Assembly (NCBI GenBank): GCA_963977445.1
Contig: CAXBPH010000142.1
Coordinates: forward strand, 1-17,459
Direction of reading: 5' to 3'
Length of the DNA: 17,459 nt
From: an uncultured bacterium
Lineage (GTDB): Bacteria; Hydrogenedentota; Hydrogenedentia; Hydrogenedentales; JAEUWI01
Below, in pieces: positions 7,807 to 16,583 of the stretch. A model generated the notes under the pieces. That model saw nothing but the letters and a program-made list of their open reading frames with translations, ran no database searches and was not told the DNA's origin. Position numbers and translations under genes: made by a program. The stretch's first letter is position 1; each line of letters starts with the position of its first letter.

Positions 7807-9438
7807 TTAAACGTATATGCCGCCACCAAAGGACAGGTCTCGTTCAATTTCTACGTTGATACAGGCGGGCTTGCCGGAGGCGAAGGCACGTTCCAGGGCC
7901 GGACGAATTTGATCGGGCTCGGTGACGTATTCCCCATGGCCGCCCATGGCTTCGACGATTTTGTCGTAACGCGTGTAGTTGAGCTGGGTAGCAACCGCGG
8001 GTTTGTCGGGGAAAAATGCCAGTTGGGGACGCATCATTTGTCCCCATGCCGCGTCGTTTCCTACGATGCCCACGATGGGCAGGTTGAATCGGATTGCCGT
8101 GTCGTACTCAAAGCCATTGAGGCCAAAACTACCGTCGCCGTAAACGATGAGGACCCGTTTGTCCGGGTGGGCTTTCTGGGCTGCCAGGGCGAAGGGCATG
8201 CCGACGCCGAGGGTGCCCAGGGGGCCGGGATCCATCCAGATGCCATTCTTGGGCAGGGGCAGCACCTTGGCGGTTTTCGCAACGATGTCTCCCCCATCAC
8301 CGATGATGATCATGTCGTCATTGACGAAGTCGGCGATTTCGCGACAGAGTCGATCGGCATGAATGGGCACCTGATCGCTCGTTGCATTCTTCGCTGCGAC
8401 TTGGGCTTTTTTATCTTCTTCCGCGCGCAGGGTGTCGGCATAGTCGGAGAAATCGATGGTGTCTGACCGTAGTTCAAGGGCACTGGCGAGGGCATCGAGG
8501 GTGCAGGAAAGATTACCCACGAGGGCCACATCGGTAGAACGATTCTGGCCGATGAGGGTGTTGTCCATTTCGAGCTGAATGATTTTGGCATCCTTCGGGA
8601 TGGATTCACCAAAGCCGAGGCGAAAATCGAGGACGGCACCGGCAAGGACTATGACGTCACATTGTTCTATGGCCTGACGTCGCGTGCGGTTAAAAAGGCG
8701 TGGGGAATCCCGGGGGAGCATGCCCCGCCCCATACCATTGGCATAGGCGGGAATTTTCGTGGCATCGAGGAAACGTACGAGTGCCTCCTGGGCCTGCGAC
8801 CATTTAACGCTCGTGCCCACCATTATCATGGGGCGCTCGGCCTGACTGAGTATATCGAGGGCCGCCGCGATGGATTCGGGGGCGGGCGAGATGGCCGGGG
8901 GGCGTGTTTGGATGTTGGGGATGTTGACTTCCCAGCGCGCTTCGCCCATGAGAATGTCCATCGGGATTTCGAGAAAGGCCGGACCGGGTATTCCCGAAAC
9001 GGCGTGGCGCATGGCCAGCTCCATGTATTCCGGAATGCGCTCGGTCTCATAGCACGCATCGGCCCACTTGGTGATGGGCTTCATGAGGGCCACGTGATCC
9101 ATTTCCTGGAGGGAGCCTTTTCCGCGGTTGGCAAAGGGGCCCTGGCCACCAATAACCAGCATAGGCGAATTGGCCCGCCACGCGTTGGCCACGCCCGTAA
9201 CCGCATCCGTCACGCCGGGGCCCGCCGTCACCAGGGCGATGCCGATGCTGCCAGGACGTACCCGCGACCAGGCATCGGCCGCGTGGGCAGCCGCCTGCTC
9301 ATGGCGTACGTCGATGATATCGATGCCCTCATCCTGGCACCCATCGTAGATTGGCATGATATGCCCACCGCTGAGGGTAAACACACACTCCACGCCCGCT
9401 GCCTTCAACATCTTTGCCACAAGCTTACCGCCGTGCAT
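7807..9438 (-). CDS. Thiamine diphosphate-dependent enzyme (acetolactate synthase-like / 2-hydroxyacyl-CoA lyase-like)
   Basis: 543 aa with motifs VRHEQAAAHAA, TAGPGVT, GSLQEMD and PGPLGTLGVG, and the ThDP motif GDGSFG...GND. AAGGAG RBS upstream. Confidence 0.93.
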   Translation of the reverse strand: MHGGKLVAKMLKAAGVECVFTLSGGHIMPIYDGCQDEGIDIIDVRHEQAAAHAADAWSRVRPGSIGIALVTAGPGVTDAVTGVANAWRANSPMLVIGGQGPFANRGKGSLQEMDHVALMKPITKWADACYETERIPEYMELAMRHAVSGIPGPAFLEIPMDILMGEARWEVNIPNIQTRPPAISPAPESIAAALDILSQAERPMIMVGTSVKWSQAQEALVRFLDATKIPAYANGMGRGMLPRDSPRLFNRTRRQAIEQCDVIVLAGAVLDFRLGFGESIPKDAKIIQLEMDNTLIGQNRSTDVALVGNLSCTLDALASALELRSDTIDFSDYADTLRAEEDKKAQVAAKNATSDQVPIHADRLCREIADFVNDDMIIIGDGGDIVAKTAKVLPLPKNGIWMDPGPLGTLGVGMPFALAAQKAHPDKRVLIVYGDGSFGLNGFEYDTAIRFNLPIVGIVGNDAAWGQMMRPQLAFFPDKPAVATQLNYTRYDKIVEAMGGHGEYVTEPDQIRPALERAFASGKPACINVEIERDLSFGGGIYV

Positions 9439-9558
9439 CCAACAAACTCCTTGAAATTGTGGGGTCCACCCAGTTGTCCTTGTGTCCCCAGTGTTGTTGG
9501 GTATAGGACCACTTCCCTGCGGTGATGATCAATCTGGTACAGTTGATCGGCGGGAAAA

Positions 9559-10152
9559 TCAGGGGGAAACGGCCGGGAGAAAGAGCCAGGGCGCGTAGGT
9601 CTCGCCATCGATGCGAACTTCATAGTGCACGTGCGGTGTCGACGCGTTGCCCGTGGACCCTACGGCACCGATAGGTTCACCTTGCCGGACCACGTCCCCC
9701 ACGTTGACAAATAATGACTCAAAGTGTCCATACGCCGATACGACGCCATCACCGTGGTCAAGTTCGATGTAGTTGCCATATCCACTGCGTCGGCCGGCAT
9801 AGATGACGCTTCCATCGGCCGTGGCCACGACGGTTGTGCCCTTGGGAGCTTTAATATCAATACCATTGTGCATTTTACCGGAGCGGCCACGGGGGCCGTA
9901 ACGTGAAATAACCTCCCGCTCAGGATTCTCGAGTGGCCAGATAGAGGGTTCACTGCTCCAGTCGGACGATGTTGCATTATCTTCCGACACATACCGACGA
10001 AAACGTATTTCTCGTAGGGATTCTGTTTGTACGGATTGGGGTGGAACCGGGTCGAAGCTGACCACGGCACCCGGGGCATCTGAATTGTGGTTGCCCGAGA
10101 CACAGCCCGACAGGCAAAGAACAACCAAGACGATAGCATAGAAACGGGGCAA
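9559..10152 (-). CDS. M23 family metallopeptidase, lipoprotein
   Basis: HNGID (HxxxD) and PHVHYE (HxH) zinc motifs, GYGNYIELDH, and lipobox LSGC. TTG at 10152 follows GGAG at 9-nt spacing; the ORF is open to 10200. Confidence 0.92.
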   Translation of the reverse strand: MPRFYAIVLVVLCLSGCVSGNHNSDAPGAVVSFDPVPPQSVQTESLREIRFRRYVSEDNATSSDWSSEPSIWPLENPEREVISRYGPRGRSGKMHNGIDIKAPKGTTVVATADGSVIYAGRRSGYGNYIELDHGDGVVSAYGHFESLFVNVGDVVRQGEPIGAVGSTGNASTPHVHYEVRIDGETYAPWLFLPAVSP

Positions 10153-10231
10153 AACAAGGTACTCCAGAAAGACGCCACTGCGCCATACCGACAAGAACAA
10201 ATATAGACTTCGAAAAGACGCCCCTAACGAC

Positions 10232-10582
10232 CTATAGACACCGGAATATGAAAGGGTATTGATAATATTCCCCGCTGGACGCCTTTACCGCAGCAATAAT
10301 CATCAATATAACCTGTACGAGGATAAGCATCGGAGCCAGAAAGAAACCAACAAATACAACCATCAAAAGCAATGCAATACATAGATAGATGGTGTAGCAA
10401 ATCTGAAAATTGACCGCTTCTCTACCGTGAAAATCAATGAAGGGCGACTCTTCCTTCTTTATCTGCCACACAATGAATGGGCCAATAATGTTGCCAAAAG
10501 GAATGAGGTACCCCACGAGGGCAGCCAAGTGACAAATCATCCCCCACTGCCGGGCTTCACGATCAAATTCGCTGTTTATCAT
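10232..10582 (-). CDS. DUF4870 domain small membrane protein
   Basis: WGMICHLAAL...GNIIGPFIVW..KKEESPFIDFHGREAVNFQI...GEYYQYP is the typical pattern of this family. Confidence 0.9.
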   Translation of the reverse strand: MINSEFDREARQWGMICHLAALVGYLIPFGNIIGPFIVWQIKKEESPFIDFHGREAVNFQICYTIYLCIALLLMVVFVGFFLAPMLILVQVILMIIAAVKASSGEYYQYPFIFRCL

Positions 10583-10684
10583 ATCAATACCCCATTGATT
10601 GTTACGGCCCGCCGATTTCCTTCGGGAGCTGTTGAATCGGGAATTATTTCACAGTACGCCAGTCTCTCGCAACGAAACGCCGGC

Positions 10685-11866
10685 CTATCGACCCCGGCGC
10701 CGTGGCGGCTCTAAGGACTGGCCCGGTGCGCGCTCCACGGGGGAAACCCGTAAATTGCCCCAATTAAGCTCACCGGGTGCCGGCGTGTTCTGGGGTCTGC
10801 GCGCTTGGAAGGCCATGAAATTTCGAAAGAGTATCTGCTCCAGCAGGACGGGGTCGAGGGCAAGGCCTGACAATTGACGACCCGGTGCCAGCGACGTCTC
10901 ATAGGTCGTCTGGCTCAACATGTCGAGATAGGCCTTCATGCGGACGGCGTACCAATCCTGACTGTGGGGCCGCAGCGAGGTGACCACGAAGTCGGTGCCG
11001 AATAGGAATCGCTCTGGAAATTCGGAAATGAGATTGCGAAAGCCCTCCACGTTAGATGAGATTCGCTGGAGCCCCGTCTTGAGATAGTCATCATGGCCAA
11101 AACTGATGTCTACCACGAGATTGGGAAATGCCCGGAACATCTCGCGGAGTCGTGAGTGGACCATCGAGGAAAGCATGAAGTGTGGCGTATTCACCTTGAG
11201 ATTGGGAAACTGTTTGAGCACCGCAATGAATTCATCGAGAAAACCTGGTTTCGCAGGATTAACGTGATAGCAGATGGGCAGGTACACCGATTCCAGGTAG
11301 CCGTAGAGATCCATCATGCGGGCATCGTCCATGGCCATCGGATGGAAGATGTAGGTATTGCTGCGGGTGGCGGTATACCCGTGGCCGAGGTAGAGTTTTA
11401 CCCCGGTGGCCCCCCGCTCCACCAAAGTACGAATTTTCTCAACTTTGTTCGTGTCCAGCGGATTAGCCGTTGGCCAGGCCGAAAAGCGGTCCGACTGTGT
11501 CACCGCCATGGAGACGATAGTGGCATTGTTTTCATCGTAGCGCGTAAATCCAGCCTGCTCATAAAGAGATAAGGTGAACCAGGGGCTACCCAGTAATACG
11601 GTGCGGCCAATTCCCAGGTCGTCCATTTCACGTAACAGGTCGTCCGTATTTTCTTTGCCCTGCACATGCTCATGAACATTGATAATTTTTCGCGACGAAA
11701 CGATGCGCCCTATGGCGTCCGTTGGACTCTCGGCGGATTGGGCCCTGCCCGAGCTATGGAGTCCCACAGCCATGGCACCTGCCACCGTCAGGAAGGTGCG
11801 TCGATTGGGCCGGCAAACGCGTTCCGGTTGGGGAGATTCGGGAGTGGCCTCATTGATACTGCTCAT
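10685..11866 (-). CDS. Amidohydrolase_2-type TIM-barrel metallohydrolase with twin-arginine signal peptide
   Basis: NRRTFL Tat motif followed by a hydrophobic stretch. Metal-site motifs INVHEH, GVKLY, CYH, PHF and FLFGTD. ATG 11866 chosen; the ORF is open to 11884. Confidence 0.85.
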   Translation of the reverse strand: MSSINEATPESPQPERVCRPNRRTFLTVAGAMAVGLHSSGRAQSAESPTDAIGRIVSSRKIINVHEHVQGKENTDDLLREMDDLGIGRTVLLGSPWFTLSLYEQAGFTRYDENNATIVSMAVTQSDRFSAWPTANPLDTNKVEKIRTLVERGATGVKLYLGHGYTATRSNTYIFHPMAMDDARMMDLYGYLESVYLPICYHVNPAKPGFLDEFIAVLKQFPNLKVNTPHFMLSSMVHSRLREMFRAFPNLVVDISFGHDDYLKTGLQRISSNVEGFRNLISEFPERFLFGTDFVVTSLRPHSQDWYAVRMKAYLDMLSQTTYETSLAPGRQLSGLALDPVLLEQILFRNFMAFQARRPQNTPAPGELNWGNLRVSPVERAPGQSLEPPRRRGR

Positions 11867-11969
11867 GGGCCAGCAGTGTAGCAAGGGCCAACGGTCGGGT
11901 CAAACGATTGTGTTAAGACCACGTGAAGTCGGGCACGGTGTTCGCCGAAGTAGGGCCGCAAAACAGTAC

Positions 11970-12011
11970 AAAAAAAGCCCCACCGATGCGACAAATGCGC
12001 GTCGGTGGGGC
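11970..12011 (-). terminator. Intrinsic terminator downstream of tRNA-Leu
   Basis: Minus strand stem GCCCCACCGA...TCGGTGGGGC followed by seven T. Confidence 0.88.
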
Positions 12012-12024
12012 AGGCAAATTTAGA

Positions 12025-12111
12025 TGGTGCCGGAGGGGGGACTTGAACCCCCACGATGTTACCATCGCCGGATTTTGAATCCGGTGCGTCTGCCAATTCC
12101 GCCACTCCGGC
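12025..12111 (-). tRNA. tRNA-Leu (CAA)
   Basis: The reverse complement GCCGGAGTGGCGGAATTGGCAGACGCACCGGATTCAAAATCCGGCGATGGTAACATCGTGGGGGTTCAAGTCCCCCCTCCGGCACCA is 87 nt, with a long variable arm, anticodon CAA and a CCA end. Confidence 0.98.
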
Positions 12112-12122
12112 AAGGGAACGAG

Positions 12123-12152
12123 AGTATAGCGTTTTACAGGGGAAAGGTTCAA
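12123..12152 (-). promoter_or_regulatory. Sigma70-type promoter for tRNA-Leu
   Basis: Minus strand TTGAAC (12152-12147), 18-nt spacer, TATACT (12128-12123). Confidence 0.7.
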
Positions 12153-12240
12153 CAGGAATTTAACTTTTTTATCCACACGGAAAGCCCGCTCCCCTTCCCT
12201 ACGGCGAAACTACGGTACCGGGCGTCTGAATAATCGACAT

Positions 12241-12271
12241 ACTTGAATTATAAACTATTTAATGGTAGAGT
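12241..12271 (+). promoter_or_regulatory. Promoter of MarR gene with overlapping candidate operator
   Basis: TTGAAT (12243-12248), 17-nt spacer, TAGAGT (12266-12271). The imperfect palindrome ACTTGA-N4-TAAACT (12241-12256) covers the -35. Confidence 0.6.
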
Positions 12272-12315
12272 TGTTTTGAGGCGGGTTACATCCCCCACTC
12301 AACAGGAGTATCTAT

Positions 12316-12795
12316 ATGATTTCGAAGCGGCTCGGTCGAGAACTGAAAATGAAACGGGATTTTAAGCAGCCCGCTCAGGAGGTCCTCGCCAGCGTACTGC
12401 TTACGAGTGATTTGTATCAGTACCGCCTGCGTCAGTTCTTTCGGGAATACGGGTTGACCCATCCCCAATACAATATATTACGTATTCTTCGTGGCGCGGG
12501 GTCTCCCCTGCCCATACTTGAGATCGCGAGTCGGCTGGTCTCCAAAGTGCCGGGTATTACCGGGCTGATCGACAAGCTCGAATCACGTGGACTCGTCGCC
12601 CGGAAGCGTTGCGACGCCGACCGCCGGGTATGGTATGTGGACCTGACAGAAGATGGCGCGAAATTGCTCGACGACATTGAAACGCCCAATGAACACTTGG
12701 AACATGCGTTGGCGGGGCACTTGAGTGCCGAAGAGTGTCGTCAGCTCGTCACCTTGCTCGATAAGGCCCGGGAAATCTCCCCCCTGTCCGAATAA
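12316..12795 (+). CDS. MarR family transcriptional regulator
   Basis: YGLTHPQYNILRIL, ITGLIDKLESRGLVAR and DRRVWYVDLTEDG motifs. CAGGAG RBS. Confidence 0.95.
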   Translation: MISKRLGRELKMKRDFKQPAQEVLASVLLTSDLYQYRLRQFFREYGLTHPQYNILRILRGAGSPLPILEIASRLVSKVPGITGLIDKLESRGLVARKRCDADRRVWYVDLTEDGAKLLDDIETPNEHLEHALAGHLSAEECRQLVTLLDKAREISPLSE

Positions 12796-12810
12796 TTTTT
12801 TTGTCCAATT

Positions 12811-12826
12811 AGTTTAACCTTAAATC
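12811..12826. promoter_or_regulatory. Candidate MarR operator upstream of SDR gene
   Basis: AGTTTA-N4-TAAATC, an imperfect palindrome related to the site at 12241-12256. Confidence 0.55.
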
Positions 12827-12906
12827 ATTGACGATTGAATTAAGTGTCCCGCTTCGCTGCGTGGCAACCATTTCGTCGCAAGGAAAACCCCCAGGAGGAA
12901 TTTCGT

Positions 12907-13695
12907 ATGAATCTCGAACTTAATGGAAAGACGGCTTTGGTCACGGCTTCGTCGGGTGGTATCGGACTTGCCATTGCCCAGGCGCTCGCCGATGAAGGTG
13001 CCCGTGTTGTTGTCAATGGCCGCACGCAAGAAAGCGTCGACACGGCCATGGCCACTATTCTCGAACACAATCCGGATGCGCGGCTGGTGGCGCTGGTATC
13101 CGACAACGGCACGGCGGAAGGCTGTCAGCAAAGCATCGCCCAACTGCCCGAGGTGGATATACTCGTGAACAATCTCGGTATTTACGAGGCCGTGGGTTTC
13201 TTTGATGAGACCGACGACGATTGGCATCGCCTTTTTGAAGTGAACATCATGAGCGGTGTTCGCCTGGCGCGCCATTATCTCGCCCAAATGCTGGAACGGG
13301 GCACGGGGCGCATCGTGTTCATTTCCAGTGAATCGGGTCTCACGCCAGCACCCGAGATGGCCCACTACAGTGCGACAAAAACGATGCAATTGACCATCGC
13401 CCGTTCCCTGGCCGAGTTAACGAAGAACACGGCAGTGACGGTTAATTCTGTCTTGCCAGGACCAACCCAGACGGATACGGTGGAAAAATTTGTCGCCAGC
13501 GTCTTCCCGGACCTGCCCCTTGACGAGGCCCTCCCCCGCTTTATTGCGGAAAACCGCCCGGCCTCCCTCATCCAGCGCTTTATACAACCGAAGGAAATTG
13601 GCGATGTGGTCGCGTTCGTGTGCAGCGCCCGGGCATCCGTCATAAACGGTTCGTGTATACGCGCCGAGGGCGGATTGGTCCCCACGGTGTTCTAA
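12907..13695 (+). CDS. Short-chain dehydrogenase/reductase (SDR) family oxidoreductase
   Basis: TASSGGIG nucleotide-binding loop, ILVNNLG, YSATK (YxxxK) and VNSVLPG. AGGAGG RBS before ATG 12907. Confidence 0.95.
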   Translation: MNLELNGKTALVTASSGGIGLAIAQALADEGARVVVNGRTQESVDTAMATILEHNPDARLVALVSDNGTAEGCQQSIAQLPEVDILVNNLGIYEAVGFFDETDDDWHRLFEVNIMSGVRLARHYLAQMLERGTGRIVFISSESGLTPAPEMAHYSATKTMQLTIARSLAELTKNTAVTVNSVLPGPTQTDTVEKFVASVFPDLPLDEALPRFIAENRPASLIQRFIQPKEIGDVVAFVCSARASVINGSCIRAEGGLVPTVF

Positions 13696-13752
13696 GGAAT
13701 CGGGTAGCGCTCTCGCTTGGTCTGCCGGTGCCATGAAGCATAATGCGACGAA

Positions 13753-13800
13753 TTGACATCTGCCATGTGGCGCGATACAATATGCCATATGGCAGATGTC
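13753..13800 (+). promoter_or_regulatory. Promoter/operator of Xre-RES toxin-antitoxin operon
   Basis: TTGACA (13753-13758), 17-nt spacer, TACAAT (13776-13781). Inverted repeat 13755-13771/13784-13800 matches 16/17 and overlaps the perfect palindrome TGCCATATGGCA (13783-13794). Confidence 0.85.
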
Positions 13801-14334
13801 GCACATAAAAAAATCGCAATCGAACACTGGCAGTCTTTGCGCAACGAACGGGAACGGCGTTCCGCCTTTCGTCGCAAATCGACTTGGGTTATTCACGCCC
13901 CTGGGGGTACCGCAGTGTGGTATGCCGCCGTCCTCAGCAACTTGACCCGAAACTATACAGCTGGGGCCGCAACGACGCTGGATATAGTCCATGGTGTTCT
14001 TCGTGAGGGACTGGATCGAAGCGCATTTGAACTGCTTAAAGAAGTGGTCGAAATCGCGAATGAAGAACTTGGTCGTGTGATTCATATTCCCATGCGTACG
14101 CTTGCGCGTCGGACGACATTTAAACCGGATGAGTCGGAACGACTTTTTCGGGTAGCCTCCGTGTTTCAGAAGACCTTGGAAGTGTTCGACGATCTCGACA
14201 AGGCTCGGCGATGGTTTTTGACACCGAAACGGGTTCTTGGAGAGCGCGCTCCCCTCGAACATTGCGGCACAGAACTCGGCGCTGAAGAAGTTCGGCAATT
14301 GCTGGGAAGGATTGAACACGGGGTATTTACGTGA
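13789..14334 (+). CDS. Type II antitoxin, Xre/MbcA/ParS family
   Basis: HTH-like ELGRVIHIPMRTLARR, ESERLFRVA, ARRWFLTPKRVLGERAPL, and C-terminal EVRQLLGRIEHGVF. GTGA overlap with the RES gene. Confidence 0.93.
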   Translation: MADVAHKKIAIEHWQSLRNERERRSAFRRKSTWVIHAPGGTAVWYAAVLSNLTRNYTAGAATTLDIVHGVLREGLDRSAFELLKEVVEIANEELGRVIHIPMRTLARRTTFKPDESERLFRVASVFQKTLEVFDDLDKARRWFLTPKRVLGERAPLEHCGTELGAEEVRQLLGRIEHGVFT

Positions 14335-14798
14335 CCATTCGGGCCTACCGAATTACGCAAAAGAAATATGCCGAGGCCGCGTTTGATGGTGAAGGTGCAC
14401 GACTCTACGGGGGGCGCTGGAATTCGGTCGGTACCCCCCTAATCTATGTAGCGAGTTCACTCTCCCTTGCGACCCTTGAGCTTCTCGTCCACTTGGAGGA
14501 TTATTCCACGATCCAGGGGCTGTACGTGGTAATTCCTGTTGATTTTAATGAAACGCTCGTTACTACGTTGGCCGCCTCGGAGCTTTCATCCTGCTGGAAT
14601 GCCCCGGTCTTGAACTCAGAGACTCAATTGATCGGGGATCGCTGGGCCGCGAGTTTGAGTTCTGTAGCTCTCTCCGTGCCCAGCGCTGTAACTGCCAATG
14701 AGGTCAACTATCTTCTGAATCCCATCCATCCAGATTTCTCCAAGCTGCTTATTGGGACTCCACAATCGCTGGAACTTGACCCACGCTTATTGACGTAG
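14331..14798 (+). CDS. RES domain toxin (MbcT/ParT-like NAD+-consuming enzyme)
   Basis: YRI, AFDGEGARLYGGRWNSVG, IYVASSLSLATLELLVH, LSVPSAV, NYLLNPIHPDF and LDPRL motifs. Confidence 0.95.
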   Translation: MTIRAYRITQKKYAEAAFDGEGARLYGGRWNSVGTPLIYVASSLSLATLELLVHLEDYSTIQGLYVVIPVDFNETLVTTLAASELSSCWNAPVLNSETQLIGDRWAASLSSVALSVPSAVTANEVNYLLNPIHPDFSKLLIGTPQSLELDPRLLT

Positions 14799-14829
14799 GT
14801 ATTCGCAGCATTGCAAAAACGGGATACTT

Positions 14830-16560
14830 CTATGACGCTACTTTGGCAGCGACGGACTCGATCAACATCCCTGTTTGTGATACCTCCCCACCCGTTGACT
14901 GGATGTGGACGTAGTTTACGCCGAGGGGCTCTCGGTAGGCCTGGTTCAGCCAGACGGTCTCTACGCCATCAACGGAAACCACACAGGTGCGTGTGGGCAG
15001 ATCCCAGCGGAGACTGAGGGTAAACCACGTCTTCATGGGCAGCAGGGGCTGACGGAGAGCGATACGCCCGTCGGCAGCTATGGGCAGACTGAAGGGGGCC
15101 TCCACCGCCGCCCGGGAATCGGTGGGGTCGAAAAAGCGGTCCAGCAGCGAAATGGTGGCACCGCCGAATCCCGCTTCCAGGTACATGCGCATGGTCAACT
15201 CGCCCGTAATGCCGAGGGGAAAGTTCCACACGGCCCCATCGCCGTCTTTGTCGTCGGCGCGACGCAGATGGAGTACCCGGGCGTCAGGCTTCTCCGGGTG
15301 CGCAATACGTTCGGCACCTTGCACCCGGTCACGCCACCAGCCGATAGCCGGGCCAAAAGGCTTAAACACGCTCCAATCATCCAGGCCGTGACTGAAGTCA
15401 CAGGAAGCTTCTGTTGCCTCCAGCCAGTTCGGGTCAAACAATACCGTGCCCCCGGCCCGACCCTGGCCGGTCATGACGATGACCTTTCCATGGGAGGCCA
15501 GATAGGCCATGGGATAGGCCGTGCCCCGATCGCCCGATTTGGGCGGCGATTCGTTGCGCGTGGGGTCACGATAAATTTCGCGAAAGCCCGACCAGGTTTT
15601 TCCTTCATCACGGGAGAGGGCCGCATGGACCAAATCGCGTCCACCATAGACGCCATTGCCATCGACCCGGGGCGGTTTTTCGCAGCCATTCCAGAAGAGG
15701 AGGATGCGGTTGTCGGGCAAGCGGAGAAAATTGGCCGGCGCGTCGGTGCCCAGAAAGCGCGATGGCTTCAGGGGCTCCCAGATGACGCCATCGGGCGACC
15801 AGGATTCGTAGAGACGCCCCGTTTCCGTTCGGGCCAACATATAGACCCGCCCATCCTTCATTTCGATGAGCACGGGTTCACAGGCCCCATAGCCACTTCC
15901 ATTGAAGTCGGTGGGACGCGGTGCCGTCAGCGCTGCATCGGATCGCTGCCAGGTGGCACCGCCATCGTCGGAATAGACACAGGTCACCACATTGGCTCCC
16001 GTGGGTGGCCCCTGCTTACGCCCACCAATCCATTCGGCAAAGGGCACGATGATGCGCCCATTCGAAAGCTGCATCACGCAATTAATAGAACCCACATAGC
16101 CTTCGAAAATACGCGTGCCTTCTTCCCAGGTGCTGCCGCCTCCGGTTGTGCGCGTATGCCAGATGTCGATGAAATAATTAACACCAATATCTTTGCGCTC
16201 GCCGTTGGACTCATCCCGGAGGACCATAGGAAACATGTGGTATTCACCCGCCTTGTCCCGGAGGGGCAATTGAGCCTGAATGCCCTCGTAGATGAAGGTG
16301 CCTTCGCTCCAGGTGATGCCGTTGTCTGTGGAGGTATGGGCAAAATTCTTGAAGCGCCCCTCCCCCAGTCCTGCCGAAGAAAACCGCTTTAGCGTACCGT
16401 CGGGCTCAAGAATGGCACCGCCCATGCGCGGACCGATGACGACGGGTTCGTACGCGTCGCCCTTCTCCTCAGCGGCGACGGTCGGCGTCAAGACCGCGCA
16501 TAGCAACACGGCATACATCAGATTGGCCCATCGCAGTGTCTCTGGTCGACAGCGGCTCAT
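14830..16560 (-). CDS. Secreted BNR/Asp-box beta-propeller, sialidase (GH33)-like, with C-terminal beta-sandwich domain
   Basis: Signal peptide ending VAA|EE. Asp-boxes STDNGITW, TTGGGSTW, SDDGGATW, SPDGVIW and SRDEGKTW. CEP, LART, GGRD and AYP motifs. ATG 16560 has an AAGGA RBS; TTG 16587 is an alternative start. Confidence 0.85.
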   Translation of the reverse strand: MSRCRPETLRWANLMYAVLLCAVLTPTVAAEEKGDAYEPVVIGPRMGGAILEPDGTLKRFSSAGLGEGRFKNFAHTSTDNGITWSEGTFIYEGIQAQLPLRDKAGEYHMFPMVLRDESNGERKDIGVNYFIDIWHTRTTGGGSTWEEGTRIFEGYVGSINCVMQLSNGRIIVPFAEWIGGRKQGPPTGANVVTCVYSDDGGATWQRSDAALTAPRPTDFNGSGYGACEPVLIEMKDGRVYMLARTETGRLYESWSPDGVIWEPLKPSRFLGTDAPANFLRLPDNRILLFWNGCEKPPRVDGNGVYGGRDLVHAALSRDEGKTWSGFREIYRDPTRNESPPKSGDRGTAYPMAYLASHGKVIVMTGQGRAGGTVLFDPNWLEATEASCDFSHGLDDWSVFKPFGPAIGWWRDRVQGAERIAHPEKPDARVLHLRRADDKDGDGAVWNFPLGITGELTMRMYLEAGFGGATISLLDRFFDPTDSRAAVEAPFSLPIAADGRIALRQPLLPMKTWFTLSLRWDLPTRTCVVSVDGVETVWLNQAYREPLGVNYVHIQSTGGEVSQTGMLIESVAAKVAS

Positions 16561-16583
16561 GCAGGAATTTCCTTTCGATTGAT

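Noticed and set aside
7732..9525. + strand ORFs 7732-8466 and 8662-9525
   Set aside because: Antisense shadows of the ThDP enzyme gene.
7580..12111. Genomic island bounded by the two tRNAs
   Set aside because: No integrase and no duplicated tRNA 3' end (att site) seen in the window; the genes look like ordinary chromosomal content.
13417..14319. 300-aa - strand ORF
   Set aside because: Overlaps the SDR and antitoxin genes on the opposite strand and has no recognisable motif.
14905..16392. 495-aa + strand ORF
   Set aside because: Antisense shadow of the sialidase-like gene with no family motifs; such ORFs are common in GC-rich DNA.
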